Below, piece by piece: positions 35,902-46,217 of a stretch of 58,472 nt of DNA. The notes under the pieces were generated by a model. That model was given only the letters and a program-made list of their open reading frames with translations. It was not told the DNA's origin and made no database searches. Every line of letters begins with the position of its first letter. Position 1 is the first letter of the stretch. Source of the DNA: an uncultured Candidatus Saccharibacteria bacterium (GTDB lineage: Bacteria > Patescibacteriota > Dojkabacteria > SC72); assembly GCA_964405015.1 (NCBI GenBank), contig CAYOME010000002.1:7702-66173 (forward strand), in the 5' to 3' direction. Position numbers and translations under genes: made by a program.

Positions 35902-36787
35902 AGAAATATTCTAATATATCTTCCATATATTCAATATCTAAATCCCAATGGGTTTTACCCTCTAGAGTAATGAAGGTAACTTCCTTACCGTATTTCTTTA
36001 ATGTATTTACAAATGTATTTGTACTACTGTAAGGAACATTAACATCTGCATTACCATGCCATATCTTCATATCAATATTCATAATCTTGTCTACTCTAGC
36101 TTGATTCCATTGAGAACTTTTAGTAGTTGGAGCAAGTAATGCTATCTTTGATATTAATTCAGGATATTCAGAAGCAAAGTTCATAGTAGGTAAACCACCC
36201 ATACTATATCCAATCATATATATGGTAGGTTGGATAGGGTAATTAGCCTCTACCCAGTTTTTTAGGTTTAAGGTATCTCTTACGGAAGATGCGTTACCCC
36301 AGTTAACACCATGCTGATTAGAAGCAGAGAATATATAGTTGTGTTGTGTGAAATATTTCCCATATTCTAATAGATCTTTCATAAAGGGATCATCCATATT
36401 CTGTGTAACAGTAGTATTTGATCCATGACTATATATCACCAATACAGGAGGATCATCTCTGTCTATTTGAGATGGTAAAACAATATATGCTTGTTGATCA
36501 TCTATTACTGGAAAAAATTCTTTGTACGCATTCTCTTCGTCAATTACCAAAATATCTCTCTTTGGTTCTTCTTCTTGTGTTTGGATATCTTGCTCTTTAT
36601 CTACTACCTCAATATTTGTGGGTATTGATACTTTGTCAGCAAAGAATGTTTTGTAACAGTAATATGCGGGGATGAGCAACAGTAATACAAGTACTACTAT
36701 TAGTAATATATTTATGAAAACATCCTTTATATTCCTACTACTGTTTGTCCTCATATATCTGAGTATATCATATTTTGAAATTGACAT
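35894..36787 (-). CDS. membrane-anchored alpha/beta hydrolase (esterase)
   Basis: N-terminal TM helix, nucleophile elbow GYSMGG, and C-terminal H in GKTHWD. Confidence 0.7.
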   Translation of the reverse strand: MSISKYDILRYMRTNSSRNIKDVFINILLIVVLVLLLLIPAYYCYKTFFADKVSIPTNIEVVDKEQDIQTQEEEPKRDILVIDEENAYKEFFPVIDDQQAYIVLPSQIDRDDPPVLVIYSHGSNTTVTQNMDDPFMKDLLEYGKYFTQHNYIFSASNQHGVNWGNASSVRDTLNLKNWVEANYPIQPTIYMIGYSMGGLPTMNFASEYPELISKIALLAPTTKSSQWNQARVDKIMNIDMKIWHGNADVNVPYSSTNTFVNTLKKYGKEVTFITLEGKTHWDLDIEYMEDILEYFSN

Positions 36788-36852
36788 ACTTTGATATATG
36801 AAATATCATTCTAGTTAATTGCCCTCGATTTAATCTATTATATTTTTACCCA

Positions 36853-37599
36853 ATGTCTAAAGAAAAAAGTACAAGTGTAGAGAGTAAGGAGATAGTGTTG
36901 GATATGGATAAATTACTTATCCCAATGTCCATAGTGTTAGCTGGTGTAATAATTGCAGCTACAATATTTTTAACTAACAAAGACAAGACTCCACAAGTAG
37001 AAGGAACAAACGATGGTGGAAATGTCGCTCAAGAAGAGTTCCCTGCAGCAGAAACAGTAATTGCGGATGCTCCATATATTGGTAATATTGAAACTGCAAA
37101 GGTAGCTATTGTTGAATATACAGATTACCAGTGTCCATATTGTCAGAGGCATGATCAAGAAACTAAGTCTGATATTGTTAAAAACTATGTAGATACAGGT
37201 AAGGCTATCTATGTATTTAGAGAGTTCCCATTGGATTTCCATGGTCAGATAGCTATTGATAGTGCAAATGCAGCTCTTTGTGTTAATGAGATTGCAGGTA
37301 TTGAAAAGTTTGTAGAATATCATTCACAAGTATTCTTGGTTGCTTCAAAAGATGAACTTACAACTAAAGCTCAAGCTTTAGGAGTAGATATGAACAAATT
37401 TAATACATGTGTATCAGAGAATAGGTATCAAGCAAATATAGATAAGGGATTAGCTGATGGTGCAAGTGCAGGTGTAACAGGTACTCCTGGATTTGTAGTC
37501 GGTGTATTAGAAGATGATGGATCAGTTAAGGGTAAGTTAGTAGCTGGTGCATATCCATATGATTCATTTGCTCAGATAATTGATGAGTATTTGAAGTAA
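36853..37599 (+). CDS. DsbA-like thiol:disulfide oxidoreductase, membrane anchored
   Basis: TM anchor, CPYC active site and the GTPGFVVG cis-Pro loop region. Confidence 0.8.
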   Translation: MSKEKSTSVESKEIVLDMDKLLIPMSIVLAGVIIAATIFLTNKDKTPQVEGTNDGGNVAQEEFPAAETVIADAPYIGNIETAKVAIVEYTDYQCPYCQRHDQETKSDIVKNYVDTGKAIYVFREFPLDFHGQIAIDSANAALCVNEIAGIEKFVEYHSQVFLVASKDELTTKAQALGVDMNKFNTCVSENRYQANIDKGLADGASAGVTGTPGFVVGVLEDDGSVKGKLVAGAYPYDSFAQIIDEYLK

Positions 37600-37617
37600 G
37601 GATATCTTTAGTAAATG

Positions 37618-37647
37618 AAAAAGGGGGCATATGCCCCCTTTCTTTTT
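37618..37647. terminator. bidirectional rho-independent terminator
   Basis: AAAAAGGGGGC-atat-GCCCCCTTTCTTTTT between convergent genes. Confidence 0.7.
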
Positions 37648-37655
37648 CTTTACAT

Positions 37656-38792
37656 TTACTTCTTGTTTGTTACCTTCTTGGGTGTAACTTTTTGTGATAC
37701 TTTGAATGAATCATATTTCATTCTAGCAACAGCTCCAACAGTTACCATACTAAGTAATACTGAATATATACCATTCACGATAGGGACCAATCTTACAACG
37801 GAAGTAATCAACCTACCAATTAACAAAGATACATACCTATGGCTATCCTTTTGATTAAAAAGCTCTAACAATTTGTGACCCATTGCAGCCTCTGTCCAGA
37901 GAGTACCAAAGGTTGCTAAGAATACGAGTACTGCTAATATTAAGAATGCTAGAGGAGCACCTACCAATGTTAAAGCAAGTATGAACAGTGGAAGTGGAAT
38001 CATGAAAAGAATTAGTAAACCGATTGCAAAACTCTTTAGTAAATCATCCCATGAAGATACTATCTTTTTCTCTATACTTAATGTTTTAACAGGAGCAGAA
38101 TATATTAATATTACTCCAACTATATACATACCAACAAAACTAATCATTGCTAGACCTAAGTTAAAGCCCAAAAGATCTCCCTTTTGAATATTTACTTGAG
38201 TATTAACATGTTGATTAGTACTAGCTACTACAAAATCTCCTGTAATACTCTCTTCGTCCAAACTATAGCTTTCAGAGGAAAGAAGCATATCTCCAGCAAC
38301 AGTAGCTTCTGAAGAAAGCTGACCAGTAGCAACTCTAACATCATCACCAACACTACCTAAAATCTTTGTAGTACCAGATCCGATATTAAGATCTTTACCA
38401 ATATTTGCATCTACATCAACCATCATACCTGCTAAATATACACTCTGTCCTAATGTACCTTTTACAATTACATTAGATCCAGCAGATATTACATTTCCAT
38501 ATATACTTCCATTAATACTTACTGAATTACCAAACACATACAGATCTCCTGTAACAGTACCATCTATAGTTAATGTCTGTCCCATAACTATTAGATCTCC
38601 ATCAACTACACCTTTTACAATTACATTATCACCAGTTACATACAGATCATCCTCTATGACAGATTCCTTCTCTAGTGTGTAATCTCCTGTATGAAATTGT
38701 GCTGCATATGTTTGTATTGGTAATAATGCTCCTATTACTACTGTCAATATGGGTAAAAGTATGTATTTTTTTATCATTTGATAAATCCACAA
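37656..38792 (-). CDS. beta-helix repeat (bactofilin/polymer-forming-like) protein with signal peptide and C-terminal multi-TM domain
   Basis: Repeated units such as GDLYVFGNSVSINGSIYGNVISAGSNVIVKG over about 180 aa, followed by about 4 hydrophobic helices. Confidence 0.55.
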   Translation of the reverse strand: MWIYQMIKKYILLPILTVVIGALLPIQTYAAQFHTGDYTLEKESVIEDDLYVTGDNVIVKGVVDGDLIVMGQTLTIDGTVTGDLYVFGNSVSINGSIYGNVISAGSNVIVKGTLGQSVYLAGMMVDVDANIGKDLNIGSGTTKILGSVGDDVRVATGQLSSEATVAGDMLLSSESYSLDEESITGDFVVASTNQHVNTQVNIQKGDLLGFNLGLAMISFVGMYIVGVILIYSAPVKTLSIEKKIVSSWDDLLKSFAIGLLILFMIPLPLFILALTLVGAPLAFLILAVLVFLATFGTLWTEAAMGHKLLELFNQKDSHRYVSLLIGRLITSVVRLVPIVNGIYSVLLSMVTVGAVARMKYDSFKVSQKVTPKKVTNKK

Positions 38793-38916
38793 AATTTATT
38801 TTCCCTTCTAAAATATATCATATATATTCATTGTTAATATATATCGGTTCTGAATATATTACCCAGTTTCTTTTACTAGAATGGTATAATAATTGAATAA
38901 GATTACTCTAAGAGAT

Positions 38917-39864
38917 ATGAAATTGATAATATATATGCCTGCATTAAATGAAGAAGATTGTATTACAGACGTAATTAAGTCATTACCAAAGAAAATATCA
39001 GGAATAGATGAGATTAAGGTATTGGTTGTAGATGATGGAAGTAAAGATAATACTGCAAAGATAGCTAAAGAAAGTGGTGCAGATGTAGTAAATCACAATG
39101 TTAATAAAGGAGTAGGTAGTGCATTTCAAAGTGCTGTTACATACTCTTTAGAAAAGGATGGAGACATATTAGTAAGTATTGATGCGGATAGGCAGTTTAA
39201 TAGTGATCAGATACCAGAAATAATTAAACCGATATTAGAAAATACTGCTGATATGGTAACAGGTAATAGGTTTGACAGTGGCATTCCAGAGAATATGCCT
39301 AAGAGTAAATATTGGGGTAATGGACAGATGTCTAAACTAATCTCCGTTATCAGTGGTCAAAAGTTTAGAGATGTATCTTGTGGTTTTAGAGCATACAACA
39401 GAGAAGCATTACTAAGATTAAATCTTTTAGGAGCTTTTACATATACACAAGAGAGTATCTTAGATATGGTATTTAAGGGTATGAGAGTAGTGGAATTTCC
39501 TGTAGATGTAATATATTTTCCAGAAAGGAAATCTAGAGTAGCTGGCAGTATTGTTAAATATGCATTTAGAACATCCAACATTATCCTTAGCACACTAAGA
39601 GATTACAAGCCAATGATATTCTTTGGAGGTATGGGTGGTATGTTAATACTACTTGGTCTCGTTATGGAAATATTCCTAGGTATTCACTATTTAATCTCTG
39701 GTGATTTTACTCCTTTTAAGTTTGTTGGTTTTACTGGATTTGGTTTCTTAGTATTTGGATTACTCCTCTTTATCGTTGGACTACTTGCCAATATGTTTAA
39801 CAGAGTAAGAATTAATCAAGAGAAAATCCTGTATGAGTTAAAGAAACAGAGGTATGATAGATAG
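38917..39864 (+). CDS. GT2 polyprenol-phosphate glycosyltransferase (GtrB/DPM1-like) with two C-terminal TM helices
   Basis: IYMPALNEE, VVDDGSKDNT and SIDADRQ motifs plus a C-terminal hydrophobic hairpin. I prefer the ATG at 38917 to the TTG at 38893. Confidence 0.8.
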   Translation: MKLIIYMPALNEEDCITDVIKSLPKKISGIDEIKVLVVDDGSKDNTAKIAKESGADVVNHNVNKGVGSAFQSAVTYSLEKDGDILVSIDADRQFNSDQIPEIIKPILENTADMVTGNRFDSGIPENMPKSKYWGNGQMSKLISVISGQKFRDVSCGFRAYNREALLRLNLLGAFTYTQESILDMVFKGMRVVEFPVDVIYFPERKSRVAGSIVKYAFRTSNIILSTLRDYKPMIFFGGMGGMLILLGLVMEIFLGIHYLISGDFTPFKFVGFTGFGFLVFGLLLFIVGLLANMFNRVRINQEKILYELKKQRYDR

Positions 39865-40717
39865 TATGAAAACTCTCATAGTTATCGTTAATTACAATGG
39901 TTTACACTTACTTAAGAAACATTTACCTTCTGTATTAAAAACAGAATATTCTACATATGATGTACTAGTAGTAGACAATGGGTCTAGTGATGATTCGGTA
40001 TCTTTTCTTCAAAATGAATATCCTAATGTAAAGATATTACAAAGTGAAGAGAATTTAGGTTTTGGAAGAGGTAATAACTTAGGGGTATATGAATATCCTC
40101 AATATGATGCATATGTATTTCTTAATAATGATATTTCTGTAGATCCTAACTGGTTAAGCGAATTAACAAAAGTTGTAAATGAGAATGAAAATATAGGTGC
40201 AGTAGGTCCTAAGATTTTGTATTCAAAGAAGAAAGAGGGAAAGTATGTAATCAATTCTGCAGGGATTGTATTAGACAAACATTACCTAGGATATGATAGA
40301 TATGATGGTGAGTATGACAGTGAGAAGTACAATATTGTTGAAGAGGTTGATGCCCTATGTGGGGGTGCATTACTCATCACTAAGAAAGCATGGGATACAG
40401 TAGGTGGTTTTAATTCACATATGTTCATGTATTACGAGGATGTAGATATTTCTCTAAGGCTTAGAGATTTTGGTTTTAAACTGTATTACTGTGGTAAAAG
40501 TACTGTATATCATGATCATATGGGTAGTACAGGTAATATGGGTAGTTTTAAAAGAAATTTCTTAAGTATGAAAAACAGATATATTAGTATTGGAAGCAGA
40601 CTAGGATTTCTGGTAGGATTAACGGAAACCATTTGGTATATTTCCCATTGGTTAATATGGAAATTAATATATTCTAAGGATATTACACTTAAGGAATATT
40701 TAGAAAAAAGAAAATGA
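39854..40717 (+). CDS. GT2 glycosyltransferase (rhamnosyltransferase-like)
   Basis: IVIVNYNG, VVDNGSSDDS, NLGFGRGNN and YEDVD motifs. Confidence 0.8.
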   Translation: MIDSMKTLIVIVNYNGLHLLKKHLPSVLKTEYSTYDVLVVDNGSSDDSVSFLQNEYPNVKILQSEENLGFGRGNNLGVYEYPQYDAYVFLNNDISVDPNWLSELTKVVNENENIGAVGPKILYSKKKEGKYVINSAGIVLDKHYLGYDRYDGEYDSEKYNIVEEVDALCGGALLITKKAWDTVGGFNSHMFMYYEDVDISLRLRDFGFKLYYCGKSTVYHDHMGSTGNMGSFKRNFLSMKNRYISIGSRLGFLVGLTETIWYISHWLIWKLIYSKDITLKEYLEKRK

Positions 40718-41487
40718 ACAGAAACGATTTAGACCTCTACAAACAATTTGTAAAGACAATCTTTAAGATGAGATACAAAGGATCTCTTTTAGGATTCCTT
40801 TGGGTGCTTCTTAAGCCATTCTTTCTTTTCATGATATTGTATGTGGTGTTTTCTTCTTTCTCTAGTTCAATTGCAGATATTACTGCTAATCAATATGCAA
40901 TATATCTACTCTCTGGATTAATCATATATACCTTCTTTAATGAGGGTATTACATGGGGATTGAATTCGATAATGGAGAGGTCTAGTTTGATTGTGAAGAT
41001 TAATTTTAAGAGAGAGATTGTAGTTATCAGTGCTCTTACAATGTCTTTGATAAATTTGTTCATCAACTTCTTTATCATCTCCATTGTTGCATTGTTTTTA
41101 GGAATAGATTTCTCCTTACTACATTTAGGATATATATTTCTTGTATGCTTTACAATGTTTTTGGGTATGTATGGAATATCATTTTTTACGAGTATTTGGA
41201 TGGTACATCTAAGAGATTTAGCACATATATCTGAATTAGGTCTTCAACTCCTCTTCTATGCTTCTGCGGTATTCTTCCCTGTAGCAATGATTCCTCAACA
41301 GTATCAATTCATAGTGAAGTACAATCCGATTGCTTTGTTCATTCAATCTGTTAGAGAAGCTTTAATACATCAAGATATTGTTAATTTGAAATTTGTATTA
41401 ATATCATTGATATTTTCAATACTTTTAGTAATAGTTGGTAGATTGTATTTTAAAAAGAATATATTAAAGATAGCGGAGCATTTCTAA
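40714..41487 (+). CDS. ABC-2 type polysaccharide export permease (Wzm/TagG-like)
   Basis: 257 aa with six hydrophobic helices and an N-terminal RYKGSLLGFLW motif. Overlaps the upstream stop. Confidence 0.8.
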   Translation: MNRNDLDLYKQFVKTIFKMRYKGSLLGFLWVLLKPFFLFMILYVVFSSFSSSIADITANQYAIYLLSGLIIYTFFNEGITWGLNSIMERSSLIVKINFKREIVVISALTMSLINLFINFFIISIVALFLGIDFSLLHLGYIFLVCFTMFLGMYGISFFTSIWMVHLRDLAHISELGLQLLFYASAVFFPVAMIPQQYQFIVKYNPIALFIQSVREALIHQDIVNLKFVLISLIFSILLVIVGRLYFKKNILKIAEHF

Positions 41488-41488
41488 T

Positions 41489-42220
41489 ATGGAAAATATT
41501 GCAATTAGTGTAAAAAACGTAAGTAAAGAATTTAAAATACCAGTTAATGGTCAAAGTAATACTTTACAGGAGAAGTTTCTTAATCCTTTTAGAAAGATTG
41601 AGTACAGAGAATTTAAAGCATTAAAGGATCTTTCTTTTGATGTAAAAGAAGGAGAGTTCTTCAGTGTAATTGGTCCTAATGGAGCAGGTAAATCTACATT
41701 ACTTAAGATTGTATCTCAGATATATGTTCCTGATGAGGGAAGCGTAGAAGTAAACGGTAAATTAGTTCCATTCTTAGAATTGGGTGTAGGATTTAATCCT
41801 GATCTTACCGCTCGTGAGAATGTATATCTTAATGGAACAATATTGGGTTTAACAAAAAAAGAATTAGATGAATATATTGATGATATTTTTGATTTTGCAG
41901 AGTTAAGAGAGTTTGCAAACATGAATATAAAGAATTTTTCATCTGGTATGCAGGTTAGGTTGGCTTTCTCTATAGCTATCAGAGTTAAATCAGATATTCT
42001 CATATTAGATGAAGTATTAGCTGTTGGTGATGGTGAATTCCAAAAGAAGTGTTACAACTATTTTGAAAATATTAGGGGTAAGAAAACAATATTGTTTGTA
42101 TCTCATGGATTAGATTCTGTAAAGAAATATTCAGACAGGGTATTGTGGTTAAAGGAAGACAAAACATATGAGATAGGGAGTCCTGAGGATATGGTCGGAG
42201 AATATAGTAAGACTTTTTAG
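41489..42220 (+). CDS. polysaccharide export ABC ATPase (Wzt/TagH-like), nucleotide-binding domain only
   Basis: Walker A GPNGAGKST, signature FSSGMQVRLAF and Walker B ILILDE. No C-terminal extension. Confidence 0.85.
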   Translation: MENIAISVKNVSKEFKIPVNGQSNTLQEKFLNPFRKIEYREFKALKDLSFDVKEGEFFSVIGPNGAGKSTLLKIVSQIYVPDEGSVEVNGKLVPFLELGVGFNPDLTARENVYLNGTILGLTKKELDEYIDDIFDFAELREFANMNIKNFSSGMQVRLAFSIAIRVKSDILILDEVLAVGDGEFQKKCYNYFENIRGKKTILFVSHGLDSVKKYSDRVLWLKEDKTYEIGSPEDMVGEYSKTF

Positions 42221-42295
42221 GTTTGTAAACCTAAAAGTATGTAAAAATTGAAAGTTTTAGGTTTGCAAGACTAAAACTTCTTCAAAAATTGAAAG
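42215..42295 (+). repeat. two-unit tandem repeat (40/41 nt)
   Basis: TTTTAGGTTTGTAAACCTAAAAGTATGTAAAAATTGAAAG followed by TTTTAGGTTTGCAAGACTAAAACTTCTTCAAAAATTGAAAG. Confidence 0.75.
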
Positions 42296-42316
42296 AAATA
42301 TCAAATAACTATAACT

Positions 42317-44191
42317 ATGAAAATTTTAGATGTTTCCAAAAGGATTGTAAGTAGATTACCAATATATTTCACTCAATTTAAAACCTTAGTAAGAAAACAG
42401 GGCTTGTTTTTTACAATTAAAAAAGTACTAAAAAAGATATATAGGTATGTTGTAAGTGGGGGTAAAGCATCAAAATTAATGGATATTACATATGGTGAAT
42501 GGATGAGTAATGTAGAGGGTAAATATCTAAATGAGCAGAGTATGTTAGAGGATTTAAAATCTCTTAAGATTAATCCGAAGTTTAGTGTCATATTTCCTGT
42601 ATGGAACAAGAGTGAAGAGATGCTAACTCAGGCTCTAGAGAGTATTGTAAACCAAGTATATGAGAATTGGGAGATATGTATCTCAGATGGATCTAATGAG
42701 CATGTAGAGGAGACTAGGGAGTTTCTAAGGGGGTATGTAAGTAGGTATGAGGGTAAGATAAAATTCTCTACCATTGATGTAGATGGTATTAATATTATTG
42801 AGAACAGTAACAATGCACTCTCGCTAGCTACTGGTGAGTATGTAGTATTCATGGATTGTGATGATGAGATATCTGTTAATTGTTTACTAGAATTAGCTAA
42901 GAGTATTAACAGTAATCCTAAGGTAGAGTTTTTGTACAGTGATTTTGACAAGATAGATGAGAAAGGTAAGAGGTTTGATCCTTCTTTCTGGCCTGATTGG
43001 TCTCCACATACTTTAACTGCACAGATGTATACTACTCATGTTACTTGTTACAAAAAAGAAGTAGTAGAAGAGTTAGGTGGATTAGTTAAGGGTACGGAAG
43101 GTGCTCAGGATTGGGATTTAGTACTTAGGTATGTAACTAAAGGTAAGTGGAATGTAGTACATATTCCAAAGATATTGTATCACTGGAGAGTGTATCCTGG
43201 TTCTACTGCTTTAGCTAACAGTGGTGCTAAGGATTGGGCATATGAGAATCAAAGAAAGGTATTAGAGAGGTATTTAGAAAGAAGAGGATTAAAGGGGGAG
43301 GTTCATGAGGGTCCTTTCGAAGGGAGTTGGAGAGTTAAGTTTGATATTATTAGTAATCCTAAGGTTAGTATTGTTATTCCTACTAAGGACAAGGTTGAGT
43401 ATTTAAGTAGGGCTATAGAGAGTATTAAGGAACATACTAAATATGGTAACTATGAAATAGTTATTGTTAACAACAGGTCTGAGGAAGAAGTAACTAAGGA
43501 ATATTTTAAGGAGATTTCTAAGGGAGAGAATATTAGGGTTATTGATTTTGATCAGCCTTTTCATTTTGGAAAACTCTATAACTGGGCTAGTAAGGAAGTT
43601 GATGGTGAATATATGTTGATATTGAACAATGATATTAAGGTGTTAAATGATGGTTGGTTAGAATCAATGTTAGAGTGGGGACAGTTACCTGAGGTTGGTA
43701 GTGTTGGTGCTAGGTTATACTATGAGGATGGTAGGATACAACATGCTGGTGTAATTGTGGGGGCAGGGGGTGCTGCAGCACATAGTCATAGGTTATGTGA
43801 TGGTGATGACTTTGGTTACAATGGAGCTGTTGCCAATGTTAGGAACTATTTAGCAGTTACTGGTGCTTGTGTATTGGTAAAGAGGAAGTTGTTTATTGAT
43901 ATGGGTGGTTTTGATATTCAATTTGATCCTGCTTATCAGGATGTAGATTTAGGTATTAGAATATTTGAGAAGGGGTTATACAATGTTTATACTCCTTATG
44001 CGCAGTTAATACATTATGAATCTGTTACTAGATTTAGTACTAAGGAGAAGCTGGAGAGGGATGAGGAGAATGCATTAAAGTTAAGGAAGAGATGGAGTAA
44101 GTATATTATTAAGTACAAAGGTGGTAATGACCCATTTTACAATCCAAATCTTTCATATTCCCATGAAGATTATAGATTAAGAACTAATTAG
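42317..44191 (+). CDS. bifunctional glycosyltransferase with two GT2 domains
   Basis: Two GT-A modules: FSVIFPVWNKSE...ISDGSN...DCDD, and VSIVIPTKDK...VNNRSEE...NNDI. Confidence 0.8.
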   Translation: MKILDVSKRIVSRLPIYFTQFKTLVRKQGLFFTIKKVLKKIYRYVVSGGKASKLMDITYGEWMSNVEGKYLNEQSMLEDLKSLKINPKFSVIFPVWNKSEEMLTQALESIVNQVYENWEICISDGSNEHVEETREFLRGYVSRYEGKIKFSTIDVDGINIIENSNNALSLATGEYVVFMDCDDEISVNCLLELAKSINSNPKVEFLYSDFDKIDEKGKRFDPSFWPDWSPHTLTAQMYTTHVTCYKKEVVEELGGLVKGTEGAQDWDLVLRYVTKGKWNVVHIPKILYHWRVYPGSTALANSGAKDWAYENQRKVLERYLERRGLKGEVHEGPFEGSWRVKFDIISNPKVSIVIPTKDKVEYLSRAIESIKEHTKYGNYEIVIVNNRSEEEVTKEYFKEISKGENIRVIDFDQPFHFGKLYNWASKEVDGEYMLILNNDIKVLNDGWLESMLEWGQLPEVGSVGARLYYEDGRIQHAGVIVGAGGAAAHSHRLCDGDDFGYNGAVANVRNYLAVTGACVLVKRKLFIDMGGFDIQFDPAYQDVDLGIRIFEKGLYNVYTPYAQLIHYESVTRFSTKEKLERDEENALKLRKRWSKYIIKYKGGNDPFYNPNLSYSHEDYRLRTN

Positions 44192-46130
44192 TACTGTATA
44201 TAAACACAGAGATATCATTAAAAGTTTTATCTAATCTCAGACATTCTTCATTTAATGGTTTTGTTGAAAGGAAATATTTGATTCCCAGTTTTGATAATCG
44301 GTCATCACATGGATCTATATTTAACGTTAGAGCATCCATCGCTGTAAGTTCAACTAGTGATTCACCTTGAGTAAATTCAGAGACCATAACATGTGCATAT
44401 CGATTATAAATATCTTTGTGCTTTCCTTCTGGATCTAATACTAACCATGTCTCAAACTGAGGATATATATGTATTCCATTAAAAACATTGGCGTTATTTG
44501 CCAGGGCATATTGAGCAAAGTAATGATTATTGTAGAAGATCCATTTTGAATCATCTTTTGTACTAACTTCTTCTATATAGTTGGCTAAATCAGTATTTAT
44601 CAATATATCTAGACCTCTATACAATGGATTTATATAAACAGTTGAAATAAATGCATACCCAAGGAAGAATAAAAGAAATATCTTTCTATATCCCATAAGT
44701 AATAAACCTAAAAGTAGTGGGACAAAGATCGATACCATTAAGATTTTCATGTTTGAACTGACAATCTCGGGCCAAAGGAAGGATATTGGATTAGAATTGT
44801 ATAAATACTTACCTGTAAAATACATCGATACTCCGGTAATTGACACAAGTAAAATAGTTAAAATCCAATCAACTAAATCCTTCTTTTGAATAGAATATGT
44901 TTTTTTACTAAGTGTGTAGAAGATTAGAAGATAGTTCATAAATCCCAAACCAATGATTAATCTCTGTGGAGGGACCATATACAAGAGCGAGTATTTTGAA
45001 AAGAAATCCGGAAGTGGAAGAAAATACCAAAGACTCATTAATATGAGATAGAACGATATTGATAATCCGAAGACATCGATCTTCTTCCTTTGAATATAGG
45101 TACGAATATTTTTATAAAAGATCCATACTAATAAAGGAATATATAACATGAAAAAATTTGAGGCTTCACTTTGATTTGCATATGGAGCTCCATTAGAATC
45201 TTTTTGCATTAAAAGATTGTAAAAGCCATTATTTAGATGATGAATATAGCCTTGCCCTGGAGGTATAAATCTTGCTCCTGGATACACAGTATTGGTCATG
45301 ATCTCAATTACTTCTTTAAACATGTTCATATAGGTAATCGTGAACAATGCAACTACAAGAACTATTCCTAATAGTACAAACACTAACCTTCTTACTTTCT
45401 CTTTGTTTAATAGAAGTCTCTTTTTTAATAACATTCCAAGAGCAATAAATATTGAAGCGTACATCATAGGTATCTGGAATGGTGGATACAATATCAATAC
45501 GAAGGAGATGATCCAGTATGTTAATCCAAATCCCCATATTAAATCTGAGAGTATTTTTTTAGATTCCAATAGCTTAACAAATGAATATAGACCAAAGGAT
45601 ATTGTAATTATTCCATCAACAGGGATCCACCATTGAATGAATGGTGTGAAAAAGAATAATAAAGATCCCGTTATTGATAATAAGAGATTCTTCTTTGTTA
45701 ATTGAAGTAGTAGTAAATATGTAGATATTAATAATAAAGCGAATCTAGACCACCAGTAAAAACTAAAATTAAATTCAATATTGTTCGAAAGAAAGAATAT
45801 CCATACATTTGGTCTAAAAAAGGTAAAGATACTTTTTGTTGGCTGGTTATTTGTACCTAGATTAGTTCCATCTGCCATATCAGTATTTACCAATGGTTCA
45901 TTGTTAATATCCTGGGATACTAAATTAGGAATTTCTATTAAATATTGGTCACTTCTTATTGCTCTTGGAGATCCAAAAAGGATATTAGTTTCAGTAGTTG
46001 AAGGGAAAAGTTTTATTCTATACATTCCAACTGATGAGGAATGTAAATGAAAAATACTAAGAATTATTAAAAGAATGAAGAGAACAAATGGGTATATCCA
46101 GTATTTATATTTACTTAGAAAACTAATCAT
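44184..46130 (-). CDS. large polytopic membrane protein, candidate GT-C-type (YfhO/ArnT-like) glycosyltransferase
   Basis: 648 aa with more than 10 predicted helices and a soluble C-terminal domain, in a glycan locus containing GtrB-like GT2 genes. The assignment rests on architecture and context only. Confidence 0.45.
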   Translation of the reverse strand: MISFLSKYKYWIYPFVLFILLIILSIFHLHSSSVGMYRIKLFPSTTETNILFGSPRAIRSDQYLIEIPNLVSQDINNEPLVNTDMADGTNLGTNNQPTKSIFTFFRPNVWIFFLSNNIEFNFSFYWWSRFALLLISTYLLLLQLTKKNLLLSITGSLLFFFTPFIQWWIPVDGIITISFGLYSFVKLLESKKILSDLIWGFGLTYWIISFVLILYPPFQIPMMYASIFIALGMLLKKRLLLNKEKVRRLVFVLLGIVLVVALFTITYMNMFKEVIEIMTNTVYPGARFIPPGQGYIHHLNNGFYNLLMQKDSNGAPYANQSEASNFFMLYIPLLVWIFYKNIRTYIQRKKIDVFGLSISFYLILMSLWYFLPLPDFFSKYSLLYMVPPQRLIIGLGFMNYLLIFYTLSKKTYSIQKKDLVDWILTILLVSITGVSMYFTGKYLYNSNPISFLWPEIVSSNMKILMVSIFVPLLLGLLLMGYRKIFLLFFLGYAFISTVYINPLYRGLDILINTDLANYIEEVSTKDDSKWIFYNNHYFAQYALANNANVFNGIHIYPQFETWLVLDPEGKHKDIYNRYAHVMVSEFTQGESLVELTAMDALTLNIDPCDDRLSKLGIKYFLSTKPLNEECLRLDKTFNDISVFIYSTN

Positions 46131-46217
46131 ATATTTTCTTCAGAGGTTATATAGAGATTTTTCTTCTCTTAAACTATAATCTACATATTAACAGAATTAA
46201 TTTCAATCTAAGACATA

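Noticed and set aside
37615-37854. ORF 37615-37854 (+).
   Set aside because: It starts inside the bidirectional terminator and is antisense to the beta-helix membrane protein gene.
46139-46157. AGAGGTTATA 10-mer upstream of the GT-C-like gene, resembling the cassette outer repeat.
   Set aside because: Only 10 nt match, which is plausible by chance in AT-rich DNA, and there is no partner repeat nearby.
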